NCBI RefSeq assembly: GCF_904830955.1
Contig: NZ_LR882970.1
DNA length: 64,000 bases
Origin: Planktothrix tepida
Lineage (GTDB): Bacteria; Cyanobacteriota; Cyanobacteriia; Cyanobacteriales; Microcoleaceae
Direction: 5' to 3' (one strand)
Made by a program: the position numbers and the translations under genes. Shown here piece by piece: positions 39,699 through 49,406 of this stretch. The first letter of the stretch is position 1, and each line of letters opens with the position of its first letter. The notes beneath the pieces were generated by a model. It saw only the letters and a list, made by a program, of their open reading frames with translations, was not told the DNA's origin and made no database searches.

Positions 39699-40775
39699 TT
39701 AATGCACTTCTCCCCGTAATGCTTCAGCATCAATGGGTTTGGTAATATAAATTCTGAATAAATTCCATAACGTTGAACAGTTAGAGGGTAATTTTAATAA
39801 GAATTTAACCCATTTCGGTTTGTTGCTGGCATCAATTTTTTGGTTGTTGGCATTGTTCTCGGAACATTTTTCGAGGCGGCGGAAAAAGTCGGGATGTTCT
39901 GTATCTAAAACCTCTGGAAATGCTCTTAACGAAGTTTCATTGGTTTTGCGAACAACATGACGATTATATTCCTTTGCATCTAATCCCAAGGTATCATAAA
40001 AGTCTGCCCGTTCATCAACCGTTAAGGTATGGGTAGCAAAGACCGTTAACAGGAAAAATCTAGCCCATAATCTTCCTTGCCAACTTTGCCACATTTGCGG
40101 TTGAGAACGCAATAAAACCTTAAAGAAATCTCCATGTCGGTTTTCATCCTGACACCAACTTTCAAAATAACGGAATAAGGGATAATATTGATGTTCGGGA
40201 TGGGCTTCTAAATGGCGGAACACTGTAATATAACGCCAATATCCAATTTTTTCCGATAAATAAACCGCGTAAATAATCCACTCCGGTTTAAAGAAGGTAT
40301 AAGTCCGGTGTTTGGTTAAATACCCTAAATCCAAAGATAAATTAAAATCCGACATGGCTTTATTAATAAATCCCGCATGACGCGCTTCATCTCTAGCCAA
40401 TAAAGTAAAGGCTTCAGATAACAAGGGATTTCGAGTTTTGAGTTGACGAGATAACTCTTTAAATAATAAAAATCCAGAAAATTCCGAAGTACAAGACCGT
40501 TCTAAAAAGTCCACAAATGCCAAGCGTGTTCTCTCATCAATTTGTTCCCAACTTTGTTCAAATTCTTCATCCCGAACAAAATGATGACGGTTATAGTCCG
40601 ACCGTAACTCCTCTAAAACTGCTGAAAATTCCTCCTCATAGGCCGATAAGTCTAGGTTCGCCATCGCGTCAAAGTCTGTGGTGTAGAAGCGAGGCGTCAG
40701 CAATGTCTCTTGAACCGGATTTTTAATACCGGGGCGCAGTTCTTGAGTTCCGGGGTTTTGGACAGTATTCACCAT
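39699..40775 (-). CDS. acsF: Mg-protoporphyrin IX monomethyl ester oxidative cyclase (AcsF/ChlA)
   Basis: The LLTPRFYTTDFD N-terminus and the di-iron ExxH motifs (EARHAGF, ENRHGDF) are present. 358 aa. Confidence 0.9.
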   Translation of the reverse strand: MVNTVQNPGTQELRPGIKNPVQETLLTPRFYTTDFDAMANLDLSAYEEEFSAVLEELRSDYNRHHFVRDEEFEQSWEQIDERTRLAFVDFLERSCTSEFSGFLLFKELSRQLKTRNPLLSEAFTLLARDEARHAGFINKAMSDFNLSLDLGYLTKHRTYTFFKPEWIIYAVYLSEKIGYWRYITVFRHLEAHPEHQYYPLFRYFESWCQDENRHGDFFKVLLRSQPQMWQSWQGRLWARFFLLTVFATHTLTVDERADFYDTLGLDAKEYNRHVVRKTNETSLRAFPEVLDTEHPDFFRRLEKCSENNANNQKIDASNKPKWVKFLLKLPSNCSTLWNLFRIYITKPIDAEALRGEVH

Positions 40776-40860
40776 CGCTGCGAGTCCTTAAATATTACTG
40801 ATTAGTTATTAAACTATATGACTCCGGTTTTGTCTAGTACCCGTTGTCATTTTTTTTGCC

Positions 40861-40908
40861 TGTAAAGAATTGTAAAGAATATATAACCAATCAGTGATAT
40901 AGTGATAT
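40861..40908. promoter_or_regulatory. Two perfect tandem direct repeats (TGTAAAGAAT x2; AGTGATAT x2) in the divergent acsF / heme-oxygenase promoter region. They are candidate regulator-binding sites.
   Basis: Seen directly at 40861-40880 and 40893-40908. They lie about 90-140 bp from both divergent start codons. Confidence 0.35.
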
Positions 40909-41003
40909 GCTCATTCGAGTGGTGAAGACAAAACCTTGTTTTCCTCTGTTGGGAATGGGTTAAGTCTTCAGAGAAGTTTCATCTTAAATTCATTGATAAA
41001 ACC

Positions 41004-41651
41004 ATGACAAACTTAGCTGAAAAACTCAAACTCGGAACCCAACAATCTCATAGCAATGCGGAACATACCGGATTTATGAAAAACTTTTTATCAGGGGGTG
41101 TCAGTCGAGATTCTTTTTGCCAACTGTTAAGTAATTTATACTTTGTTTATAGTCAATTAGAATCGGAATTGCAATGCCATCAAACCCATCCGATTATTAG
41201 CAAAATTTATTGTCCAGAACTGAATCGCAAAGCCAATTTAGAAAAAGACTTAACCTTTTATTATGGAGAACATTGGCCGGATAATATCACCCCTTCTCCA
41301 GCCGCACAAGCTTATGTTTCCCGACTGCGTGAACTTTCTGCCACCGAACCCGTTTTATTAATTGCTCATGCTTATACTCGCTACATGGGTGATTTATCTG
41401 GGGGGCAAAGCTTAAAGAAAATTGCCCAATCCATCTTTCATTTAGAAGAACATCAAGGTATTTGTTTCTATGAATTTGATGAAATTCCTGATGTGAATGA
41501 ATTTAAAAATCAATATCGTCAAAAATTAAATGAATTAATCCTGAGTGAAGACCTGCAAGATGAAATTGTTGCAGAAGCCAATAATGCCTTTACCCTCAAT
41601 ATTGCCATGTTGAAAGATTTAGGAGAAACCCAAACTCCAGTCACCGTTTAA
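41004..41651 (+). CDS. Heme oxygenase
   Basis: LKLGTQQSHSNAEHTGFMKNFL contains the proximal His. 215 aa. Confidence 0.85.
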   Translation: MTNLAEKLKLGTQQSHSNAEHTGFMKNFLSGGVSRDSFCQLLSNLYFVYSQLESELQCHQTHPIISKIYCPELNRKANLEKDLTFYYGEHWPDNITPSPAAQAYVSRLRELSATEPVLLIAHAYTRYMGDLSGGQSLKKIAQSIFHLEEHQGICFYEFDEIPDVNEFKNQYRQKLNELILSEDLQDEIVAEANNAFTLNIAMLKDLGETQTPVTV

Positions 41652-41701
41652 TTCAATTTTTCTATTATCTGCAATTACAACTGATTTAGGAGATTCTATC
41701 A

Positions 41702-43087
41702 ATGGTTTTTTCGGTAGCGAATGTGGCGTTTGATTTTGATTTAATTCAAAAATATGATAATGCGGTTCCTCGTTATACCAGCTATCCCCCAGCAACGGAA
41801 TTAAAAGATGGATTTACTTCCTTAGATTGGGAATTTGCCATTACTGAATCCAATCAACGTCAATCGCCCTTATCGCTCTATTTTCATATTCCCTTCTGCC
41901 AAAGTGCCTGTTATTTCTGCGGCTGTAATGTGATTGTTTCTAATAATAAAGATGCAGCTAGAAGCTATATCGATTATTTATCCAGAGAAATTGATTTTAC
42001 CTCCCAGTTTATTGATACTCGTCGCCCGGTCACACAACTACACTGGGGCGGAGGTACACCCAATTACTTATCCTTAGAACAGGTTGATTCCTTATGGGCA
42101 ACCATTAATAAACAGTTCACTTTTGCAGATAAAGCCGAAATCTCCATTGAAATTAATCCTCGATATGTGGATAGAAATTATATCTTTTTCTTGAAAGAAA
42201 TGGGGTTTAATCGGATTAGTTTTGGGATTCAAGATTTTAATCCTGAAGTTCAAGAAGCCGTCAATCGAGTTCAACCCGAAGCTCTGCTCTTTAATGTTAT
42301 GGACTGGATTAAAGAAGCCGGGTTTGAAAGTGTGAATGTAGACTTAATTTATGGTTTACCTTATCAAACAGTACATACCTTCAAAGAAACGATTCAAAAA
42401 ACCCTTGCTCTCGATCCAGATCGCATTGCAATTTTTAACTTTGCTTATGTTCCCTGGATGAAACCTGTACAGAAAAATATTCCCCAAGCGGCCTTACCCC
42501 AACCCCATGAAAAGTTAGAAATTTGGCAAATGTCTATCCAAGAATTAACCGATAAAGGCTATGTTTTTATTGGCATGGATCACTTTGCTAAACCCAATGA
42601 TGAATTAGCGATCGCTCAACAAAATTCAGCCTTAAAACGGAATTTCCAAGGCTATACAACTCAACCAGAAGCCGAACTCTATGGATTTGGGTTAACTTCC
42701 ATTAGTATGTTAGAAGATACCTATGCTCAAAACCATAAGCGATTAAAAGAGTATTATCAAGCCATTGATCAAGGAATTTTACCCGTTAGCAAAGGGTTTA
42801 AATTAAGCCGAGATGACGTTCTGAGACGAGATGTAATTATGCAAATTATGTCTAATTTCTACTTAGATAAATCTCAAATCGAATCTAAATATCACCTCGA
42901 TTTTGATACCTACTTTGCCGAAGAATTAATCGAGATGCGCCCCTTAATTGCGGATGGGTTAGTTCAATCCAATTATGATTCAATTGTGGTGACAAACTTA
43001 GGCAGACTCTTGGTCAGAAATATTGCCTTTTTATTTGATACCCATACTCCCGCCCAACAGCAACAAAGATTATCCAGGGCGATTTAA
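41702..43087 (+). CDS. hemN: Oxygen-independent coproporphyrinogen III oxidase (radical SAM)
   Basis: The LYFHIPFCQSACYFCGCN CxxxCxxC motif plus the extra Cys is present. 461 aa. Confidence 0.9.
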   Translation: MVFSVANVAFDFDLIQKYDNAVPRYTSYPPATELKDGFTSLDWEFAITESNQRQSPLSLYFHIPFCQSACYFCGCNVIVSNNKDAARSYIDYLSREIDFTSQFIDTRRPVTQLHWGGGTPNYLSLEQVDSLWATINKQFTFADKAEISIEINPRYVDRNYIFFLKEMGFNRISFGIQDFNPEVQEAVNRVQPEALLFNVMDWIKEAGFESVNVDLIYGLPYQTVHTFKETIQKTLALDPDRIAIFNFAYVPWMKPVQKNIPQAALPQPHEKLEIWQMSIQELTDKGYVFIGMDHFAKPNDELAIAQQNSALKRNFQGYTTQPEAELYGFGLTSISMLEDTYAQNHKRLKEYYQAIDQGILPVSKGFKLSRDDVLRRDVIMQIMSNFYLDKSQIESKYHLDFDTYFAEELIEMRPLIADGLVQSNYDSIVVTNLGRLLVRNIAFLFDTHTPAQQQQRLSRAI

Positions 43088-43156
43088 TTGCCAGATTGTC
43101 CAGAATCCGGTAAGGTGGGTTATGCCCACCTTTATTTTTAGGTTGTCATTGGATCT

Positions 43157-43714
43157 ATGACTTATTTTTGGTTTAAATCCTTTCATATCATCGGAATGGT
43201 TGTCTGGTTTGCGGGTTTATTTTACCTGGTGAGATTATTTGTTTATCATGCTGAAGCGGAAGAAAAACCGGAGCCCGCCCGCAGCATTTTAAAAGAACAA
43301 TATGAATTGATGGAAAAACGCCTTTATGGAATTATTACAACCCCTGGAATGGTGGTGACGGTGGTAATGGCGATCGCACTTTTAATTACAGAGCCCAGTC
43401 TTTTAAAAGATATGTGGTTGCATCTAAAGTTAGGATTAGTTGCCGTTTTAGTCGCCTATCATTTTTATTGTGGTCGAATCATGCGACAATTAGCCACTCA
43501 TAAAATTATGTTCACCAGTCAACAATTCCGCAGTTTAAATGAAGTTCCAACTGTACTTTTATTAGTGATTGTGTTGTTAGCTGTCTTCAAAAATAGTTTA
43601 CCCCTGAACACCGCAGTCGCTGTCACTGGCAGTTTTATTTTAGGGATGATTATTTTCTTTCAACTCTATGCTATACATCGACAAAAAAACAGTCAGCAAG
43701 CTATGAGTCAGTAA
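43157..43714 (+). CDS. hemJ: Protoporphyrinogen IX oxidase HemJ (CopD-like membrane protein)
   Basis: The N-terminal FKSFHIIGMVVWFAGLFYL contains the conserved His. Four or five TM helices. It resembles the slr1790 family. Confidence 0.75.
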   Translation: MTYFWFKSFHIIGMVVWFAGLFYLVRLFVYHAEAEEKPEPARSILKEQYELMEKRLYGIITTPGMVVTVVMAIALLITEPSLLKDMWLHLKLGLVAVLVAYHFYCGRIMRQLATHKIMFTSQQFRSLNEVPTVLLLVIVLLAVFKNSLPLNTAVAVTGSFILGMIIFFQLYAIHRQKNSQQAMSQ

Positions 43715-43736
43715 GGGAATATTAACAGACTATTGA

Positions 43737-43775
43737 ACAGGGAACAGGGAACAGGGAACAGGGAACAGTAATGGG
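43737..43775. repeat. Heptamer tandem repeat GAACAGG x5
   Basis: Seen directly. Related copies occur at 9244-9283 and, as the reverse complement, at 58150-58190. Confidence 0.7.
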
Positions 43776-43811
43776 TAGCGTTATAACAGGAAATTCAATT
43801 TTAACCTCATC

Positions 43812-43837
43812 AAAAAAAAGCTGGGCTTTACCCAGCT
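43812..43837 (-). terminator. Intrinsic terminator (agctggg-cttta-cccagct hairpin followed by a T8 run on the minus strand) downstream of the ATPase gene. It may also serve hemJ bidirectionally.
   Basis: A perfect 7-bp stem at 43819-43837. An A8 run at 43812-43819 on the plus strand gives U8 on the minus strand. Confidence 0.6.
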
Positions 43838-43870
43838 AAAATCTGTTAAATCTGTTTAAGTTTAATGTCT

Positions 43871-45229
43871 CTAAATGCCTAATCCAAACTCCTTAGCTTC
43901 CGTCAATATCGGGTTAATATCATACCAAAAATGTTGAGCATGATTATATTCAAAAACCCATAAACTTCTGATTAGGGTTTGATATTCAATTTGACCACTC
44001 AACTTTTTAGTCGCTGCTACTTGGCGTAACATTTGCCATTCTTCAGCTTCAATGGCTAAGGTTAATTGATGACGACGTTGTAGAATTACCTCTTCTAAGG
44101 ATTCTCTTGTTAAAGGGGGATCTTCTTTTTGTAAACAGCTATATAACAAAATTAATAAACTCCGAACATGACCGCCACTAATGGTACAAAGACGATCTAA
44201 GGTTTCAGGACTATCAAAAATTGTATCAATTAAAGCTGGATAATCTTTCGCAGCCAGACCTGGAAATGCTCTTGCCATTACCATTTGTCTTAACAATTCA
44301 ATTCCCTCTTGACAAGGTGCGCCATCTTCAAATTTTACCGTCACCATCGGTAAGGTTTTTGGGTCATTCCCAAAACGATTCATCAGTTGTCCTAAATCAT
44401 TAGAAAAAATCAAACCTAAAGGAATGGTATAAACTACATGACAATTGAGTTTATTGAGTTGTTCACCGCGATCAATAAATAAATATTCGGGTTGAAATCT
44501 TCCCGTACTATTGGGGCTATAACTAATCCGATCTAAATTATCAATAATCACCACTAAACCTTGTTTTCCCATCTGTTTTAATTGTTGGATGGAAGGTTCC
44601 AATAATTCTTTATTGATAGCCTCTAAAATATTATTGGTTCGGGGTTCTAAATATTGACGTAATAAAGACCGTAAATCTCGACTATCTTTCGTCTTAGCCG
44701 TAATATTTCCAATCCCTGTAGAGAGGGAAAATTCTCCTTCTGTGTTAGCAGCCAATGTTCCCAGACCGGGGACGTTAATATCTGCTTTTAAGTCAATTTC
44801 TGTATTTAAAACATTAATGACTCCACTTAATAAACTTTTAAATCCTTTCGGTTGTAATTTAATTTTCAAGCTTTCAATACTTTCACTCACTTGACGAGCG
44901 ATCGCTAATAAAATATCGGTAATATCCACATCCCCCATATCTAAATCTTTACTCGATTCAAAATAAACGACATGGAATCCTTCTTTTTGGAGTTGAGCTT
45001 TCAACCTCAATAATTCCGTTGATTTCCCTGAACCTACTGGCCCGGTAAACAGTTGGCAGGTGGGGCGATCAGGGGATAACCGCGTAATTGTTCGTGCAAT
45101 TTGTTCCATGCACTTACCGCCTCGTGCTGGAGAAAAATCAATATAATATTTTTGATCTTCTGGACGTTCAACATCGAGGGTTTCAGCCGGATTAGAAGCT
45201 TTAAAAAAGCGAGATAAATCAAGTTCCAT
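43871..45229 (-). CDS. P-loop ATPase (AAA_16/Arch_ATPase-like)
   Basis: Walker A LFTGPVGSGKSTELL and Walker B GLVVIIDNLD are present. 452 aa. Confidence 0.6.
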   Translation of the reverse strand: MELDLSRFFKASNPAETLDVERPEDQKYYIDFSPARGGKCMEQIARTITRLSPDRPTCQLFTGPVGSGKSTELLRLKAQLQKEGFHVVYFESSKDLDMGDVDITDILLAIARQVSESIESLKIKLQPKGFKSLLSGVINVLNTEIDLKADINVPGLGTLAANTEGEFSLSTGIGNITAKTKDSRDLRSLLRQYLEPRTNNILEAINKELLEPSIQQLKQMGKQGLVVIIDNLDRISYSPNSTGRFQPEYLFIDRGEQLNKLNCHVVYTIPLGLIFSNDLGQLMNRFGNDPKTLPMVTVKFEDGAPCQEGIELLRQMVMARAFPGLAAKDYPALIDTIFDSPETLDRLCTISGGHVRSLLILLYSCLQKEDPPLTRESLEEVILQRRHQLTLAIEAEEWQMLRQVAATKKLSGQIEYQTLIRSLWVFEYNHAQHFWYDINPILTEAKEFGLGI

Positions 45230-45353
45230 TGTTTTCCCTGAGTGATACAGTTAACAGACAATTTTAAATTCCCGATCATCCTTCTTCAAGGAGGGGACTT
45301 TTCTCTTTCTTTCGGAAGATATCCTCCCAATTCCGTACTAAGATTCACTTGAG

Positions 45354-46436
45354 TTAGTGGGCTAACCACCAGCCAAAACTCAAGCCCAGACCGGAGGTAA
45401 TCGCTAAAATTAAAAAGGTGTAAAATCCATTGTAGGACGCAAGTAATTTTTCTCCGGCAACCATTTGCGCCACCGTCCCTGCAACCACAGCGATCGCACC
45501 CCAAGCCGCAATAATCACCTCTGGCTGCATTCGTTGGATCACCCGCATCATCGCTTGTTTCCCGGCGCCGATCCAAGCTCCGATCCATCCTCCTAAGACT
45601 AATCCCAATAAACTTCCGGTTCCCAGTTTCGCCCTAGACCGAAAAATCGCATCTAAAATAATTCCTAACATTAATCCCATTATGGAGCCAAAACCCCCAC
45701 CCACCAAAGAACTTAACCAGTCTCCCTTTTTCGTTCCGGCGATTAACCCAGCAATTGCCGCAATTCCCATGATTGTCAAGAGCCCAATTACCCCTTTAGC
45801 AGGGCTTTCTGAGCCTGCCATCGCCCCTAATCCCAAGCCCACGCCTCCCCAGACTAGGGCGGTAATCATCCCCCCAGCTTCGTTTCCTAACACCCATCCG
45901 GCGATCGCTCCGGCAAAGATTAAGGCCATTAACCAAGGTTGACCGGACTCAGAATCTTCACTCGCCGCGATCGTAACCATGAGCCAACCCACGCTGAGAA
46001 AGACCCAAACCCAGGAAGGAATCTTCAATGTGGTTAAAATCCAGGCAATGATGGCATAGCTGAGAAAGACCCCGGTTAACCAACCCATTGGTAGAGGTGG
46101 GGAAGTTGGGGGCACTTCGACAGGCTTAGTGACCACAGGGGGAGTTGGGGGTACTTCGACAGGCTCAGTAACCACAGGGGGAGTTGGGAGGGTAGGGTAG
46201 GGGCTACTTAAATCTGTTTTTAAGGTTTCGTAGGCGTGGCTAATTTCTTTAAATTTGGCTTCCGCTTCCGCTTGTAAGATAGAATTCTGGGGATAGCGAT
46301 CGGGATGCCAAATCAACGCCTGATGGCGATAGGCTTGTCTGACCTCCTCTAAGGACGCCCCCGGTTCTAGGTTTAAAATTTTGTAGTATTTTTCGATCTC
46401 CACGTTTGAAATCTGTTGATCTTCTTTTATTTTCAC
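45354..46436 (-). CDS. J-domain protein with a Pro-rich tandem-repeat linker and a C-terminal Gly-zipper multi-TM domain
   Basis: The J domain YYKILNLEPGASLEEVRQAYRHQALIWHPDR carries HPD. The repeated PPVVT(E/K)PVEVPPT unit occurs twice. The C-terminal half is hydrophobic and G/A-rich. Confidence 0.7.
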   Translation of the reverse strand: MKIKEDQQISNVEIEKYYKILNLEPGASLEEVRQAYRHQALIWHPDRYPQNSILQAEAEAKFKEISHAYETLKTDLSSPYPTLPTPPVVTEPVEVPPTPPVVTKPVEVPPTSPPLPMGWLTGVFLSYAIIAWILTTLKIPSWVWVFLSVGWLMVTIAASEDSESGQPWLMALIFAGAIAGWVLGNEAGGMITALVWGGVGLGLGAMAGSESPAKGVIGLLTIMGIAAIAGLIAGTKKGDWLSSLVGGGFGSIMGLMLGIILDAIFRSRAKLGTGSLLGLVLGGWIGAWIGAGKQAMMRVIQRMQPEVIIAAWGAIAVVAGTVAQMVAGEKLLASYNGFYTFLILAITSGLGLSFGWWLAH

Positions 46437-46496
46437 CTACAGAGGCAGAAGGCAGATCGTTAGAATAAAGATTGTATTGCGCTTGGATTAAAAACG

Positions 46497-49382
46497 GTGT
46501 TGGAACATCCCCTATTACTTTTGGTTGATGGTCATTCGTTGGCATTTCGTTCCTATTTTGCCTTTGGGAAAAGTCGCCAAGGAGGGTTACGCACGTCAAC
46601 GGGTATTCCGACCAGTGTTTGTTTTGGGTTTTTGAAGTCATTATTAGACGTTATGGCAAGTCAAAAGCCGGATTATTTAGCGATCGCTTTTGATTTAGGA
46701 GTTCCTACGTTTCGTCATGAAGCGGATGAAAATTACAAAGCGGATCGCTCTGAAACGCCTCAAGATTTTATTGAAGATGTGCAGAATTTACAAGCGTTAT
46801 TACAAGCGTTTGATTTAAGCATTGTTACGGCTCCGGGTTATGAAGCGGATGATGTTTTAGGAACCTTAGCCAACCGGGGAAGCCGGGAAGGATATCGAGT
46901 TAAAGTTTTATCGGGAGATCAGGATTTATTTCAATTAATTGATCTTGAAAAACAGATTAGTATTTTACATTTAGAACCGGGCAAAGGTAGTGTTCCTACA
47001 GAGTTTTTAGCTCAACAAGTTTATGATAAATTACAGATTTATCCTCATCAGGTGATTGATTATAAGGCATTATGTGGCGATAAATCCGATAATATTCCAG
47101 GGGTGAAAGGCATTGGGAAAACTACGGCTGTTAAATTATTAGGAGAATATGGTTCCTTAGAAAATATCTATGCTCATCTTGAGGATATTAAAGGCGCAAC
47201 TCGCCAAAAATTAGAGGAAGGAAAAGCCGATGCGGATCATTCTCAAACCTTAGCGCGAATTATTCAGGATGTACCTTTAGAGGTTGGTTTAGAAAATTTT
47301 AAATTACAAGGGTTTGATGTCGCTAAAATTCAACCTATTTTAGAGAAATTAGCCTTTCAAACATTTTTAGGAAAAATCAATCAAATTCAACAGCAATTTA
47401 AAGGAATAATTCAAACAGAAGTTACAGAAAATCCGGTTACTGTTGGGGACGATATCGATTTTTGGACACCGGAAGAAACCACAGCTTACCAAGAGCAAAA
47501 ACGGTTAAATAGTCCTGTGTCTAACATTAAAGTGCGTTTAATTCAAACTTCAGACGCTTTAGAAGAGTTAGTTGATATTTTAAAACAGCATACTGATGTT
47601 AACTATCCCGTTGCTTGGGATACGGAAACCACCTCTTTAGAATTCCTAAAAGCGGAATTAGTTGGAATAGGATGTTGTTGGGGAACAGAAGCAACCGATG
47701 TGGCTTATATTCCGTTAAATCATACTCAAGGAACAAATTTAGATAAAGTCCAAACGTTAGATCTTTTACGTCCGATTTTAGAAAGTGATCGCTATCCTAA
47801 AACGTTTCAAAATGCTAAATATGATCGGTCAATTTTTAGATCTCAGGGCATTAATTTACAAGGTGTTGTCTTTGATCCAATGTTAGCCGATTATATTTTA
47901 AACCCGGAAGCTAATCATAATTTAATTGATTTAAGTCTCAGACATTTAGGATCTGAATTAATCGCTCCTAGTTATGATGAATTAGTTCCTAAAGGGAAAA
48001 CTATTGCAGATATTAATATTAATCAAGTCGCTGAATATTGCGGAATGCAGGTTTATGTCACTTTTCAATTAGTAGAAAGCATCAAAGCCAAATTGATAGA
48101 TAAGCCTCATCTGATGAAACTTCTAACCGATGTTGAACAACCTTTAGAAGTTGTTTTAGCCGATATGGAATATTGGGGAGTAAATCTCGATATTGAATAT
48201 TTGCAAACTTTGGCAGAGCAACTCGATAAACAGTTAGAAATTATTGAAAATCAAGCTTATGAACTAGCTGGAGAAAAATTTAATTTAGGTTCTCCTAAAC
48301 AACTTAGCCAACTGTTATTTGAAAAATTAGAATTAAATACCAAAAAAACGCGCCAAACAAAAACAGGCTATTCAACGGATGTCAATGTTTTAGAAAAATT
48401 ACAAGGAGATCATCCTATTATTGATGTTATATTAGAATATCGAACTTTAGCGAAACTGAAGTCAACTTATGTGGATGCGTTACCCACAATGGTTGATGCT
48501 AAACAACGCATTCATACCAGTTTTAACCAAACCGTTACCGCAACAGGACGGTTATCTTCTTCTAATCCTAATTTACAGAATATTCCGATTAAAACTGAAT
48601 TTTCTCGAAAAATTAGAAAAGCCTTTACAACGGAACCCAACTGGTTATTAGTATCAGCCGACTATTCCCAAATTGAACTCAGAATTTTAGCTCATTTAAG
48701 TCAAGAACCTATTTTATTAGACGCTTATCAAAATAATCAAGATGTTCATACCGTGACCGCTAAATTATTATTTGAAAAAGACACCGTAACATCCGATGAA
48801 CGACGGTTAGGGAAAACCATTAATTTTGGTGTAATCTATGGAATGGGAGCCCAACGATTTGCACGGGAAGCAAAGGTGAGTAGTGCAGAAGGTAAGCAAT
48901 TTATTGAACGATTTAACCAACGCTATTCCCAGGTTTTTGCTTATTTAGAAACGGTTAAAAGACAAGCAATTGCTCAAGGGTATGTCGAAACTATATTAGC
49001 AAGAAGACGGTATTTTGATTTTCAAGGAAGCAGCTTAAACAATTTAAAAGGAGTTGATATTAATTCCATTGATTTAAGCCAATTAGGAAAAAAAATGGGT
49101 CAAAATGATGCCCAACTATTAAGAGCCGCTGCTAACGCTCCTATTCAAGGTTCCAGTGCTGATATTATTAAAATGGCAATGGTACAAGTGCATCAACTAT
49201 TAACTCAATATCAATCTCGATTAGTATTACAAGTTCATGATGAATTAGTCTTTGAAATTCCTGAGACGGAATGGGAAGAACTTCAACCCAAAATTAAAAC
49301 TATTATGGAACAAGTGCTTCCTTTAAGTGTTCCTTTAGTTGTAGATATTCACGCTGGACAAAATTGGATGGAAGCGAAATAA
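46497..49382 (+). CDS. polA: DNA polymerase I
   Basis: A 5'-3' exonuclease N-terminus is present (LLLVDGHSLAFRSYFA). The 3'-5' exonuclease domain and the polymerase motifs are present: motif A DYSQIELR, motif B RRxxKxxNFGxxYG as RRLGKTINFGVIYG, and motif C QVHDELVFE. 961 aa. Confidence 0.95.
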   Translation: MLEHPLLLLVDGHSLAFRSYFAFGKSRQGGLRTSTGIPTSVCFGFLKSLLDVMASQKPDYLAIAFDLGVPTFRHEADENYKADRSETPQDFIEDVQNLQALLQAFDLSIVTAPGYEADDVLGTLANRGSREGYRVKVLSGDQDLFQLIDLEKQISILHLEPGKGSVPTEFLAQQVYDKLQIYPHQVIDYKALCGDKSDNIPGVKGIGKTTAVKLLGEYGSLENIYAHLEDIKGATRQKLEEGKADADHSQTLARIIQDVPLEVGLENFKLQGFDVAKIQPILEKLAFQTFLGKINQIQQQFKGIIQTEVTENPVTVGDDIDFWTPEETTAYQEQKRLNSPVSNIKVRLIQTSDALEELVDILKQHTDVNYPVAWDTETTSLEFLKAELVGIGCCWGTEATDVAYIPLNHTQGTNLDKVQTLDLLRPILESDRYPKTFQNAKYDRSIFRSQGINLQGVVFDPMLADYILNPEANHNLIDLSLRHLGSELIAPSYDELVPKGKTIADININQVAEYCGMQVYVTFQLVESIKAKLIDKPHLMKLLTDVEQPLEVVLADMEYWGVNLDIEYLQTLAEQLDKQLEIIENQAYELAGEKFNLGSPKQLSQLLFEKLELNTKKTRQTKTGYSTDVNVLEKLQGDHPIIDVILEYRTLAKLKSTYVDALPTMVDAKQRIHTSFNQTVTATGRLSSSNPNLQNIPIKTEFSRKIRKAFTTEPNWLLVSADYSQIELRILAHLSQEPILLDAYQNNQDVHTVTAKLLFEKDTVTSDERRLGKTINFGVIYGMGAQRFAREAKVSSAEGKQFIERFNQRYSQVFAYLETVKRQAIAQGYVETILARRRYFDFQGSSLNNLKGVDINSIDLSQLGKKMGQNDAQLLRAAANAPIQGSSADIIKMAMVQVHQLLTQYQSRLVLQVHDELVFEIPETEWEELQPKIKTIMEQVLPLSVPLVVDIHAGQNWMEAK

Positions 49383-49406
49383 TGATTTTCTATAAAGCAG
49401 CCTAGA

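Noticed and set aside
45286-45942. Track ORFs 45286..45588(-) and 45682..45942(+) overlapping the J-domain gene
   Set aside because: They lie in alternate frames inside the longer, motif-bearing J-domain ORF. Their Pro/Gly/Ala-rich translations arise from GC-rich codons of the real gene.
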